A stretch of DNA of 50,369 nt from Malacoraja senta (GCA_038087875.1 JAXLNO010000255.1:1-50369); one strand, 5' to 3'. Counted from the stretch's first letter, positions 35,529 to 48,750 are shown. Notes: a model not told the origin generated them from the letters alone. Numbers and translations are program-made.

Positions 35529-38500
35529 GTTGGAATGTCAAGGGAATCAATGAACCAATTAAGAGAGGTAAAGTTTTGGCACATCTAAATTTAATCAAAA
35601 CAGATATAATATTCCTTCAAGAAACACACCTTAAAAAGGAATCTCAACATAGACTTAAAGCTAAGTGGATCGCTGAATCATATCATTCCTCTTTTTCCCA
35701 TAAGTCCAGAGGAGTTGCAATATTAATTCGTAAAGGAATACCTTTTACGAATTCATCAACAATAGCGGATATTGATGGTAGATATATTATATTAGTTGGA
35801 GAGTTAAATGGAGAAAAAGTGATTCTTCTTAATGTATATGGGCCTAATTTTGATTACCCTATGTTTTTTAATAAAACATTTAATAAAATTCCTGAATTTA
35901 CACAATATAAATTAATAATTGGAGGAGACTTCAATTGTACATTAGATTCATACTTAGATAGATCATCAAGGCAAAAAAAAGTAAAATCTCAATCAAGTGT
36001 ATTTCTAAATTCATTTATTAATACCACTAATATTAAGGATGTCTGGAGAATAGAAAATCCAACTGGACGGGAATACTCATTTTACTCACCAGTACACAAA
36101 ACATACTCAAGAATAGATTATTTTTTAGTTGACTCCACGTTTATCCCATTTACTTATAACTCAAAATATCATAATATTATAATCTCAGATCACGCACCTG
36201 TAACATTCATGATTAAATTAAATGGAATGTCCTAGAAACAAACATATTGGAGATTTAACCCACAAATTTTGAACGAAAGATCATGCCAGGAATATATTAT
36301 TAAAGAGATTCAAATATTTGTTGAGGTAAATGACAACCCTGACACACCTACTTCTCTTATGTGGGAAACGTTTGAAGCGTTTGTTCGAGGTGCATTAATT
36401 TCTGCTCAAGTATTTTATAATAAAGAGAACAGGATTAAACAACAAACATTGGAAAGGGAAATCAAGCAACTAGATATAGAAAATGCGAGAATGCCATCTA
36501 TTTTAAAACATAATAAAATTGCTGTATTGAAATATAAATTAAATAAAATGTATTCAGAACAAGTAATAAAACTTTATCAAAAAACCAAACAATTACATTT
36601 TGAATTTGGAGACAAACCACAAAAACTATTAGCACGTCAGTTACGAAAAATGGAAGGGGAAAAAAAATTCATAAAATTAGAATTGAGACAGGAGAATTAT
36701 TAAAAATGCCCAAGGACATAAATGAAAGATTTCTCCAATACTATCATAACCTTTATTCAACTAAAACTGTAGCACAATCAGAAGGAATAGCAGATTTTTT
36801 ACTAAAATGTAATTTAAAAGGTTTAGATTCAAACGATAGAGAATTATTAGAAAGGGAGATTACGATAAAGGATATTGAGGAGTCTATTGGCTCTTTAAAA
36901 AATGGTAAAGCAGTAGGACCAGATGGTTTAGGCTCTGAATTTTTATTAAAAAATTTATGACTTGCTCTGCCCACGTTTACAAAGGCTGTATGAGCATATC
37001 TATACTCAACAGAAACTTCCAGATACTTTAAATGAATCTATAATAACACTTATTCCTAAAACTGATTAAGATCCGGAAGATCTGGGATCATATAGAGCAA
37101 TTGCACTTTTAAATACAGATCAGAAAATATTAACTAAAATACTAGCGCATAGATTAAGTACAGTGATGAATAAATTAATACACCCTGACCAAACAGGCTT
37201 TATTCAGAAACGGTACTCATATTATAATCTAAGAAGATTATTTAATATTATTTATTCTAAGAGAATTATTAATGAAGATCTAGCAATAATCTCACTTGAC
37301 GCTGAAAAGGCATTTGATCAGGTTGAATGGTCTTATTTATTTTCGGTGATGGAAAATATGCAGCTAGGGGAGAAATTCTGCACATGGATAAAACTGTTAT
37401 ATACAAATCCTACGGCTAGAATATTAACAAACCAAAGGTTGTCATCTAAATTCAGCCTATCTAGAGGTTGTAGACAAGGATGCCCGTTATCTCCATTATT
37501 ATTTGCGCTTGCTATTGAGCCACTCGCAGAAAGAGTTAGGGGTCATCCGGAAATATATGGGTATATCACAAAGGACACAGTGAATAAAATCTCTCTATAC
37601 GCAAATGATGTACTAATTTACATTACAAAACCAGAAATTAGTATTCCAAACTTATTAGAGCTAATAACCCAATTTGGTTCACTCTCAGGATACAGAATAA
37701 ATTGGAATAAAAGTGAAATTATGCCAATAAGGGAACATAACAAACAGATAATACAACAATTTCCATTTAAAATAGTAAATGAAAAATTTAAATACCTAGG
37801 TATTTATGTAACTAAGATATATACATCATTATTTAAAGCAAATTTTCCCCCATTACTGAACAAACTACATAAGAATATTCAATACTGGAAAACACTTCCT
37901 ATCTCAATGGTTGGCAAAATTAATGCCATAAAAATGATTTTTTTACCGCAAATATTATACCTTTTTCAGACAATTCCGATATATTTGTCAAAAAACTTTT
38001 TTTTTAAATTGGACTCCATTGTTAATGATTTTATCTGGGATTATAAGAATCATAGGATAAATAAAAGACATTTGTGTAAATCAAAAATAAATGGAGGCTT
38101 GGTTTTACCCAACTTTCTGTTTTATTTTTGGGCAGTTAATATTAAAAATATGAATTTCTGGTTGGAAGAAATAGATCAACAACCAGATTGGTTAAAAATG
38201 GAAAAGGAAGATTGTTTGCCTTTTGATATCGGTTCGATATTATTTGCTACATCTAAATTAAACAAAAAAAATTATAGGGAAAACCCTATAATATTTAGTG
38301 CCATACGAATTTGGAAACAATTAAAAAAGACATTAAAATTAAATAATTTATCACTTTTTCTCCCAATTGTGAATAACCCTTTGTTTAAGCCCTCATGGTT
38401 GGACAGGGGTTTTACACAATGGAAGAATTATGGAATTAAAAATATGGGACAACTTTACAAGGAAGGCACTTTTCTGACATTTCAGAGTTGCAACAGACTT

Positions 38501-39294
38501 ATGGACTGCGAGGAAATGATTATTTCAGATATCTTCAACTCAGAGATTATGTAAAATCGAATACTCAAAATTTTCGAATTAGAAATTCAGAAATTCTTGA
38601 CGAATGTTGGAATAAACATCCTAATACAGAAAAATTAATATCTTATATATATAATATCTTATTAGACAGTGACATTCCATCGACGGACTTACACAGACAA
38701 ACATGGGAAAAAGAATTAAATCAAATAATAACGAAAGATACTTGGGAAGAAAGTTTACAACACATACATCAATGTTCATTAAATGCCAGACATTCTTTAA
38801 TACAATTTAAAGTAATACATAGGTTACATTATTCAAAAACAAAATTACATAAAATCTTTCAACATATCTCACCTATATGTGATAAATGTCAACATTTAGA
38901 AGCTACCTTATCTCATATGTTTGCAAACTGTATAAAAATTAAAAAATTCTGGGTAAATATTTTTAGTATAATATCTAAAGTGACCAGCACACAATTGGAC
39001 CCGGATCCAAAATTAATAATACTCGGAACATTAGAATTAAATCAAACATTTACAACAACACAAAGAAACTTTATTGATTATAGTATAATAACAGGAAAAA
39101 AATTAATTTAAAAATTTTGGAAAGGCCCTACGTCCCCCACAATCAAAATGTGGATTATAGAAATGACGGAGACCTTAAACGTGGAAAGAATCAGATTTTC
39201 CCTGTTGGACAAACAGGAATTATTCGTTGGAACATGGTCTCCCTTTATTGATTATTTAAAGGGTCAGAATGGCTCAGCACAGGAACCTGACTAA
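35529..39294 (+). pseudogene. L1 ORF2 (APE endonuclease, RT, CCHC), disrupted
   Basis: EN: WNVKG, LQETH, GGDFN, SRIDY, SDH. RT: GPDG, DAEKAFD, GCRQGCPLSPLLF, YAND (for YADD), KYLG. C-terminal CDKC...H...C. In-frame stops (36233-36235, 39109-39111) and several frameshifts. Natural stop at 39292-39294. Confidence 0.95.
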
Positions 39295-39595
39295 TACTCG
39301 GGCTAAAGAATGGATGAAATGCTATACTCTGAAATGTACGAATATATCTGGAATGAAGTTTTTTATTTTAATAAATTTTTCCATTCTTCTTTAACTATCT
39401 TTCTCTTTTGTTTGTTTTTTTGTTGTTTTTTTTTCTTTCTTTTTTTTTCTCTTTTTCTTCTCTCTCTTTTCTTTCTTCATCTATCTTTTTAGTTCTATCT
39501 AGTTTAAAAAAAAAAGGCAAAAGGTATTGGAGACAATGTAATAATAATTGATAATATTATCAATTTAAAAATGTAAGACTGTAATGATGTTAATA

Positions 39596-40468
39596 GGTTG
39601 TGCATTTTCAAGATGGCGGATGTGCAGGAGTGGGCGCCGGTTGTGCGGGCTGCCTGCCTGCAGTCAGTCCTCTAACCCTTTTTTGTTTATTATTTTGTCT
39701 ATTTTTATTTGGAGGTCTATTCTTTCTCTGTGGGGGGGTGGGGAAACTGTTTCAACTCCAGTCCTACCTGGTCGGAGATGCGGTTTTCCTCCGAATCGCA
39801 TCTTCGCTCTCCCCATGCGGCCTTCCATCGGGCTGGAGCGGCGTTTCCTGCCGGGGACCACAGCTTCGGCGGCGCAGCGCTGGGACACCAACACGGAGCG
39901 GGCGATGCCTTGCCGGGTCGCCGCTCCGGAGTGCTGTGACCGCCGACCACCAACATCGAGCAGCCGCGGGCTGCAGTCTGAGGGCATCCCGCCGCGGGCG
40001 GGCGGCGCTGGATCGAAAACACCGCGGAGTCAGAGTCGAAGCTCCAACCGGCGCGGCCTGAAGACTACGGGCGTCACAGTCTCTGGGGAGGGAGCGGCCC
40101 CTCCAGACACTTCCAAGGCCGCTGAGGACTTTCAACCCGATGCCGGTGTTCCAGCTTCCCGGCGGGTGGGTCTACAACATCGGGCTGCCGTTGCGGCGAC
40201 TGGCTGCGGAGCCCTCGGACTGGCCCCGATCTCGGGTGGACTGGGAGGAGGACTGGACATTTTGGTGCCTTTCCCTCACAGTGGAGAGTGTCGACTCTGC
40301 TGTGGCGGGATGTTCATGTTGAATCTCTAAATAGTGTGTCGTGTCTTTTTTATTCTACCTTTTTATTTTTATTTATATGGTTAATTGTCTGTGAAGCGCT
40401 TTGGTTTCAGTAATCTGATTGAAAGGCGCTATATAAATAAACTTACTTTACTTTACTTTACTTTACTT
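39596..40468 (+). mobile_element. GC-rich non-autonomous retroelement with L2-type tail, inserted in the L1 3' UTR
   Basis: Head caagatggcgg (39609). CpG-rich body. Tail ctgtgaagcgctttgg...aaggcgctatataaataaa followed by (CTTTA)n. The L1 polyA signal resumes right after. Confidence 0.7.
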
Positions 40469-41439
40469 ATCTCCAATAAAAAATATTTTCAAAAAAAACA
40501 CAAAAAAAACATTGAGTCCACGCTCACCACTGATTACCCATACCCTAGTTCTATGTTATCCCAGTTTCACATATTACACAATAGGAGCAATGTGCAGAGG
40601 ACAATTAACCCACAATCCTTCATGTCTTTGGAATGCGGGAGGAAACCAGAAGAACGTATAAACACTGTGCAGGCAGTACCTGTAGTCAGGATCGAACCTG
40701 GGTCTATGAAGCTGTGTCAGCAACTGTACTGCTGCTCCACCATGCTGCCAGGCATGGGCCACCCTTCAAGATGTTAACATCAGTGACCTATTAGACATCG
40801 AAGATCACAGCAAATGAAATGAATCCTGACAATGGTAGCTTGCTGCAGAATTCATGGTGTAGGTATAATCATGACAACCTATCACTGAATCAAAAGGTTT
40901 TGCTTTATGGGTGATCTTATCGGAGGAAAGATAAATAGCGGACAGGCAAGACCAGAATTTCATGTCAACATGGCTTCTAATGGGAGAGCAATTAATAGCA
41001 GGGTATACAAGGGAAGGATGCAATTGGAGAATATGCCTCTTAGGACTGGAGAAAGTTTTGAAAGAAAAGTGGTCATGGACAGAAAGGAGTTAAAATCTAA
41101 GACCCAACAGAATATTGGCAGCAGAGATGGTTGAATGATTCCCTCCTCCTCCCCCACATAGCTGCAGAGACTGTGGCAACAGACGCACAGATGGGTGACC
41201 TTGTGGTTTAACTGAGACCACCACCTCGAGACTCAACAGCACCATTGTTTACAATCACATAAAAGTCTCTTGGAACATAGAACAGTACAGCGCATTAACA
41301 GGTCCTTCAGCCCACAATGTCCACGCCAAACATGTTGCCAATTTAAATTAATCTCCTCTGCCTGCACTTATTCCATATTTCACCATTCCTGGCATGATGA
41401 GTAAGCAGGGCAAGTTGGTGATCTGCCAACGAGTGAGCA

Positions 41440-41982
41440 GGAATTGAAGTATTGTATGCAGTTCTGGTCGTCCCATCACTGGAAGGATGTGGAGGTTTTG
41501 GGGAGGGTGGACAAGAGCTTTACCGAAATGTTGCCTGGATTAGAGGATATTTGCTATATGGAGAGGTTGGACAAACTGGGATTGTTTGACCTGGAACATC
41601 AGAAGAGAGATCTGATAGAAAGATAAAAAATTATGAGAGGTATAGATAGGGTAGACAGTCAGAACATATTTCCCAAGGTGGAAATGTAAAAAACTGGAGG
41701 ACATAGGTTTAAGGCGAGAGGGGAAACGTTTAAAGGAGATGTGCGGGAGCAAGTTTTTTATACAGAGGGTAGTGGGTGCCTGGAACACACTGCTAGAGGT
41801 GGTGAAGGAGGCGGGAATGAGAGTGGCATTTAAGAGGCTTTTCGATAGGCATATGGATATGGAGGGAATGGAAGGATAGTGATCACATGTTTCCATGCTG
41901 TATCTCTAAACTAAACATGCAGGCAGAGTAGATTAGTTTAGCTTCTAAATGGATATTGTGGGCCGAAGGGCTTGTTCTATGT
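41440..41982 (+). mobile_element. CR1 3' portion (an antisense CR1 tail lies at ~41272-41395)
   Basis: ORF 41444-41626 reads YCMQFWSSHHWKDVEVLGRV...MLPGLEDICYMERL. Confidence 0.8.
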
Positions 41983-43659
41983 GATGAGATGAGAGTTCAA
42001 AGTGAATTTTAAAAAGGGCCGTGACCTCTCATTGTATGTCTTCCATCAGAGCTGGGAAAATATATTTTTACTTTAGAAATTCTCCCTTCCTCCTGATATA
42101 GAGTGATGACTTGCACCTTGGCCCTTTTAAGATGTTTAAACTGCATGGTTCAGTGTCCTCACTCCCCACCGGTAAAGAAAAACATAGCCGAGAAATGCCA
42201 GTGACGGTTTCCAAACAACCACCTGTGTAAGGAGGAAATTCCATTATTAAATGAAACCTTGTTACCTGGACCTCATTGTGTGCCAGTGAAGCCTACGCTT
42301 TGACGAATTTGACCATCAGGTGGACTGTTCCTTCAGACTAACGAAGGGTCTCAACCCGAGAAGTCACCTGTTCCTTTTCTCCAAAGATGCTGACTGACCA
42401 GCTGAGTTACTCCAGCATTTTGCATCTATCTTCTGTTCCAACAGGGTTTGTCGATCAAATGAGCCTTGCAGGATGAAAAGCTGGTGAGCCAGAGGTTAGG
42501 AGAGAGTTCTTCTGCAGGGTCGTCTGTTATGTGGCAAACCTTGAGTTTTTGGTTTTTCGCACAACGTATAGTAAATGACTCCTTCCATTTTGTAGCAATT
42601 TATAATGAGAAAGATTTGAGACTATTGCAGATGAAGGACATGGAAAACATTCCTTTAGTCAGGAGAAGACTGTATGTAAATGTTAACACCATTAGTCTAA
42701 GTGTGCAAATACTTAACTTTTGTTATTGATTTCATGCCAGCGATTGTTAATATTCTGCTGCTACCAGGAGGCTCGGAGTTCAGTACTTATTGTTATTTAT
42801 TCTATAAGAGGGAAAATGTCATACGCCAGCACTAATCCTTGGTGACATGGCGTCACTGTGGCTACAGACCTGCAGTCATTTGTCCCCACTTGAGACACAC
42901 GTCTGGGAACATGGCCCAATGTCATAGCGACAAGGATAATTTGCAATAAGGATAAAATCTGATTAGTCACCAGACGCTAAATGGCAGCCTTTTCTACTTT
43001 CTGGGTTTTATTTTGCATTCATATCCAGTTCACTGTTCAGATAGAACAGATCAGAAGTGCTTGTTTTGCAGTTTCCATACCCACTCCTCGAGGCAGTTAA
43101 AGTTTAGATTGATGAGCCCAATTCGCTTCTAGCTGACATTTTATGCCACATTGATCAACAGTCTGGTTAACCCAAAATCTTCCTCAGCAGAATAGAAATA
43201 GAAACAGGAGATTCAGCCCATCAGGCACAAGCTGCTTGTTTGAAAGAGCTCAACATATTTTGCCAACACTAAGCATCAGTGTTGCTATGACATCCCTTTT
43301 TCAAGAATATACCCAATTATTCTTCGATAACTGCTAATGAATCTGCAACTATCCACGCTTTTCCGTCAGGTTACATTACTGCATTTACCTATTTTGTGTG
43401 CGTATCTGCAACCAGATTTAACGATTTGAGAGCAAGTCCGTGACATTTGTAGTCAATGCATTTAAAGTTGTAAGGCAATTATTACAACCTGTAATATTTC
43501 CTTGGTAAATTTCACTCTACTGGTGCTGTAAGCTTATGCGTGTAATATGTATCTCATAACCATTGAAGATAATCATTGTGTTCAGGATAATTATTATCTT
43601 ATCCAACAGGGCAAAATAATAAACCTGGAGAACAATCACTGTATTATATGCCTCCCCCA

Positions 43660-43860
43660 GGAGATCACGCGGTTCTTGGGGTGGAGAGGGGTGATAGCGA
43701 TATAAAGGGGAGGGTAGTGTCTTGTGTTCTGTGTCTTGTGTCTACTGTTTGTGGGTAAGGGTGTCTGTTTAGTGTTCAGCCATGAGCGAATGGCGGTGCG
43801 GGCTCGATGGGCCTGGTGGTCTACTCTCGCACCTACTTTCTATGTTTCTATGTTTCTATG
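43660..43860 (+). mobile_element. LINE/SINE 3' tail with (TTTCTATG)3
   Basis: ...ggctcgatgggcctggtggtctactctcgcacctac followed by an octamer repeat typical of CR1-type ends. Confidence 0.55.
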
Positions 43861-43884
43861 ATAAAGCATTAGACATTGAATGAA

Positions 43885-44446
43885 TATGTACGAGATTGCA
43901 AATGCTGGAATCTTGAGCAAAGTACTCATCAGGCCAGGCAGCATCTGTGGAGGAAATGGACAGACAGAATTTCAGCTTGGGACCTCCCTTCAGACTGATG
44001 GAGTTGAGCATAGAAAGCTGGTAAAGAGCAGTCAGGAGAAGGGGTGAAGCAGGAACTGGGAGGTGATAGATGGGTGGAGATAGTGACAAAGACCAGAGGT
44101 GAAATGGAGACAAAAACATATCAGATAAGGAAAGAACAGGGTGAGTGAAATGTAAAGGCAGAGGGAGGGATAGTGGGTGAGAGGGGACAGGATGGAGGGG
44201 GAAGAGGGGGGATCAAAGGGAAATGGTGAACTAAACTAGGGAGGGATAGGAGATGAACGGAAGGTGGAGGGGAAAGGAACGGGATGAACAGAGGCAGTGG
44301 GGAAAAGGTGTGTGCATGGGGTGGGAGAAAGATACAAAACAGAGGAAGTCAGAGATGATCTGAAATTGGAGAATTCAGTTCTCATGCATTTGGCTACCCA
44401 AGACGAATATGAGGTGTTGTTTCTTCTGTTTGCATGTGGCCTCGCC
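43885..44446 (-). mobile_element. Penelope-like element 3' fragment
   Basis: Same organisation as 34736-35245 (gaaattggagaattca...atgaggtgttgtt), with a purine tract and the terminal unit. Confidence 0.7.
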
Positions 44447-44549
44447 AAAATAAAAGTCACTATGCATTGTGTGGTCCTGATGATTGACAGTTACTTGTAG
44501 TGATCTGTTTACCGATTAAATGCAGTTTTTGCTTTTGGATGCTTTTTCA

Positions 44550-44625
44550 AAAATAATAATAATAATAATAATTCATTTTATTTACTGGCGCCTTTCTAAA
44601 ACCCAAGGACACCTTACAATGCATG
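44550..44625 (-). mobile_element. L2-type tail with (TTA)n
   Basis: The reverse complement reads tgtaaggtgtccttgggttttagaaaggcgccagtaaataaaatga(att)n. Confidence 0.6.
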
Positions 44626-45012
44626 GAATCACAAAAATACAAAACACATAATCGGAAAAAATTAAATATAAAAACACCACAGTACACAAATCAAGGACAG
44701 AATGCAATTTCAAAAGCACAAAAAGAAAATAAGAAACACAATTTGAGTGAGATACTGTATGTGCATTGACAGAGATTACATTATTTGAGGTATTTCTGAT
44801 GAATGGATTGTGAAGCACAAGTTAATTCAGGGAAATACGTATTACATAAATATTTAAAATAAATATAAAATGGTTAATTATCTTTTGATTAAAGCAGGAC
44901 AAAATATAACTACCATCATATCCTGATGCTGCTTCCTTTGACTGAATCTGACTTGAGATATACATTATGTTAGATTCACATTATAGAGTTCACCTCTGTA
45001 CCCAAATCCTTA

Positions 45013-45315
45013 TGGCACGGTGGCAAAGCTGATAAACCTGCTGCCTCTCGGTGCCAGTGACCCAGTTTCCATCCTGACCTCAGGAGCTGTCTTTGTGGAT
45101 TTTGCATGTTCTCCCTCCCTCCTGGGCTTTCTAGTTTCTTCCCACATCAATGACGTGTGAGTTTAAAGGTTAATTGGGCTCTGTAAATTGCTCCTAGTGT
45201 GCAGGGAGTGGATGACTAAGTGGAATAGCATATCATGAGGGGGGCATTGATGGTTAGGGTGGACTCGGTGGGCTGAAGGGCCTGTTTCCATGCTGTATCT
45301 TTCACTCAATTCAAT
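45013..45315 (+). mobile_element. HE1-type SINE, near full length
   Basis: Head ggcacggtggc...ctgctgcctc; tail gggctgaagggcctgtttccatgctgtatct. Confidence 0.8.
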
Positions 45316-46253
45316 TACCCAATCCAGGAATTTGGCATGAATTGCTGCACTGAAATACTTTGCAAAATTAATTTGCTGTGCATCAAATACATATCTTCTG
45401 GAAGTTCTACTATTTGATGAGTTCATTTTAGGCATGAATTTCGGACGATATTACTCCTCAGATAGAAACATAGAAAATAGGTGCAGGAGGAGGCCATTCG
45501 GCCCTTCGATGATATATGTGCATCACATTCAAGAAATTCAGTGAGCTATGTATTTATACAAGAACATTTATTGTATTAATCAATGGCATTTTCAAATTAA
45601 TTGATCACATTTTAGAGCCACTTTGTACATTTTGAGATAGCAGCTGTTGTCAAACAGAGCAGTGTGGCCCGGCCAATTTATACACAATAAGGATCACACA
45701 AACACAATTAGATAAGTGGAGACACAAGGAACTGACGATGCTGGAATCTAGAGGGAAGCACAAAGGGTTGGAGTAACTCAGCGGGTTAGGCAGTATCTGG
45801 GTAGAGAATGCTCCAACAGTCTGAAGAAGTGTCCCGACCCGAAAAGTCACCTATCCATTCCTTGCACAAATCAACTGCTGAGTTACCCTAATATTTTGAA
45901 AATTGGGTAAGTACTAGCTAATCCTCTTTAACTGGATTTGATTTCAAGTGTTGCCACATTTACATTGCCAGAGCTGATAGATGGGATAACATATCAATGC
46001 CTGGCTTGGAAGGTGACCTCTCTAATGATAAAATATTTCTCTCAATCCTCTCTGGAGATTTAGTGTAACTTGAAATCAAGTTTGTAGTGCATAATAAACC
46101 CATCTGCTTCTAGCTTGGAAATTAAAGAAAGACTGCAGCATTGGGTTATGACTGAATACAAAATAGGTTTTCACCAGCATCACCTTTTCCTGCTTACACT
46201 TTATCATCTGTGCTATCAGTTCACTCAAGAAAAAGAGTATAATGTAATTTCGT

Positions 46254-46349
46254 AGGTAGACAAAAATGCTGGAGAAACTCAGTGGGTGAGGCAGCATCTA
46301 TGGAGCGAAGGAAATAGGCAATGTTTTGGGTCGAAACCCTTCTTCAGAC
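46254..46349 (-). mobile_element. Second copy of the ~95-bp Penelope-derived hammerhead unit
   Basis: Near-identical to 11967-12061 with the same endpoints (aggtagac ... cttcttcagac). Confidence 0.75.
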
Positions 46350-46499
46350 TTAGTTTAGTTTAGAGATACAGCATGGCTACTGGAGCAGACTTGTATTTAA
46401 GCATTGAAGTGCTACCTCTCTTGGTGGAGATTTGTTTGGCCAAAAGGCTTAACAGTAAGATCGATAGGACTAGATCCTGGAAAATTACCGGTTTATGTT

Positions 46500-46965
46500 A
46501 CAGATACGAGAGCGGCATTTAAGATGTTTTTGGATAGGCACAAGGAAGTGCAGGGAATAGAGAGATATGGATCACATACCAGCAGATGAGATCAGTTTAA
46601 CTTGGCATCATGTTCAGAACAAACATTATGGGCCGAAGGCCTGTTCCAGTGCTGTACTGTTTTATGTTCTATGGAAACAGGTCCTTCGACCTGCAGAATC
46701 CTTGCCAGCCATCCATCACCCGCTTCCACTTCTATGCTATCCCACATTCACATCCACTTTCTATGTACCAGGGGTAATTTACAGAGGCCAATTAACCTCC
46801 AAACCCACACGTCTTTAGGATGTGAGAGGAAAGCACAGCACCTGGAGGAAACCCACTCAGTCACAGGGAGAACGTGCAGACTCCACACAGACAGCATCCG
46901 AGGTCAGGATCGAACCAGGGATTCCGGCACCATGAAGCAGCAGATTTACCAGCTGCACCATTGTG
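46500..46965. mobile_element. CR1 tail (+, to ~46672) abutting an HE1-type SINE (-, ~46672-46965)
   Basis: gcatttaagatg...gggccgaaggcctgttcc...gttctat, then ggaaacaggtccttcg...cagctgcaccattgtg. Confidence 0.7.
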
Positions 46966-48329
46966 GGACTGTATGTGGGATATTTGATATGGGCTTGGTC
47001 TCCCTGTCGAAGCAGAATAAACTTAAGGGAGGGAAATAAAGGTTCATCAGATTGATGTCATGATGGCAGCCTTATAGTGCGAGGAGATTTTAAGCAGACT
47101 AACGCTAAACTGTCTGTAGTTTAAAAGAAGGAAGGTCTATCTCATTGGAATAAAAACAATTCTTAAGGGGCTTAAGTGTTGAGGTTTCCAGAACTAATGT
47201 TCATGGTCTCAAAATGGACGGTCAACATTTCAGGAAAGTGATGAGAAAAAATGTCTTCACCCAAAGGCTGGGGATCATTAGAATTCATTACCATGGGCTT
47301 GTAGAGGCTCAATAACTGAACGTATACAGGATAATTTTGTAAGTTAAGGGCTTCAAGGAATATGAGTTAATGTAGGAAAGTGATATCAGAAATTTTCTGG
47401 TGCAGCTGACAATGCTGCTGCCTCAGTGCCAGAGACTTGGGTTTGATCCTGCCTTTGATGGGCCGAAGGGCCTGTTTCTACGCTGTATCTCCACACTAAA
47501 CCAAAAAAACACTTTAAATCATATAATGAAGGAGCACCAAGGGCAGAATAAGTCCACGTCTGTTTCTAATGTGCATATGTTGCGTTTCCATGCTTTTATT
47601 GATAATCTGAAAACTGGTATTTTATAAACTGACTCTTCCTGCTTGTTACGTGCAGCTAAAAGGAATTAATCTATTAGAATAGCAAACAATATTACATGAG
47701 TTAACAAACCCACTTTATATCATGTACTAAATAAGAACAACAATCTCCCGCAGAATAGAGTAACGTTGTCTCCATAATACACAGGCAATTTGTAGTAAAA
47801 TGTAATTAAAATAATTCCATAGAATAGTAATTAACATCCTCAAAGCTATTATGAAATTTTACAACCCTATTTTAATTGAGACCTCAATTACAAATTGTTT
47901 ACATCACAGGAACAGGCCATTCAGGCTCAAGGGTTTGTGCTAGTCCTCAAGCTCCAGATCACATTTCTCCCAGCACTCTTCATTTCATCAGTTAGCAAAT
48001 CAAAGAGTTGCACATCACAGAATCAAACCTTCCGGCCCATCATGTCTATGCTGACCATCATGCCAGTCTACACTAAACACACTTGCCTGTATTAATTCCA
48101 CATCACTTTGAGCCCTGCTCATGCAAGCACCTGTTCAGATGCTTCATAAATGGTGTCACCATCCCTGTATCTGCCACCATCCTTCAATTCCTTTCTCCCT
48201 TAACTGCTTTTCTTGCTTTTGTTTAATGCTTCCCAGCTATTTATAAAACTTCTCCAGATGGTAGTGAGCCCAGTATTCTAACCACTCTGTGTAAAGAGGG
48301 TCTTCCGGGATTATGCTTAAAAAACCCCA

Positions 48330-48379
48330 TATATATATATGTGGATTGCTATTCTAATAGATTATATACCGCTGCACCA

Positions 48380-48419
<40 letters not shown>

Positions 48420-48750
48420 ACATACACACACATTCTAAAAAAAAAACAATAGTAGTGCAATATTAATAATAATAGATTATTGAAGTTCAGAGCTTATTTG
48501 AGGTTGTAATGTTTACTAGCCTGGTGGCTGTGGGGAAGTAGCTGTTCCTGAACCTGGACGTTACAGTTTTCAGGCTCCTGTACCTGCTTCCCAATGGCAG
48601 GGGGGAAATGAGTGTGTAGCCAGGATGGTGTGGGTCTCTGATGATGCTGGCTACCTTTTTGAGGCAGCGACTCCGATAAATCCCTTCGATGGTGGGAAGG
48701 TCAGAGCTGATGATGGACTGGGCAGTGTTCACAACTTTTTACAGTCTTTG
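48330..48750 (-). mobile_element. Rex-Babar LINE 3' fragment with (TA)n
   Basis: ORF 48487-48732 reads TAQSII...RCLKKVASIIRDPHHPGY...RFRNSYFPTATRLVN. (TA)n at ~48383-48416. Confidence 0.85.

Larger units (their letters stand above)
35529..40505 (+). mobile_element. 5'-truncated L1-clade LINE with 13-bp TSD
   Basis: TSD aaaacattgagtc (35516-35528, 40506-40518). AATAAA at 40475-40480 followed by an A-rich tail. T-rich 3' UTR. Confidence 0.92.

Noticed and set aside
37163..38554. 463-aa RT ORF as an active or domesticated gene
   Set aside because: The catalytic YADD is mutated to YAND and the surrounding ORF2 has stops and frameshifts.
39584..40330. 248-aa ORF and overlapping ORFs on both strands
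   Set aside because: Stop-poor GC-rich repeat sequence; several frames are open at once and there is no recognisable domain.
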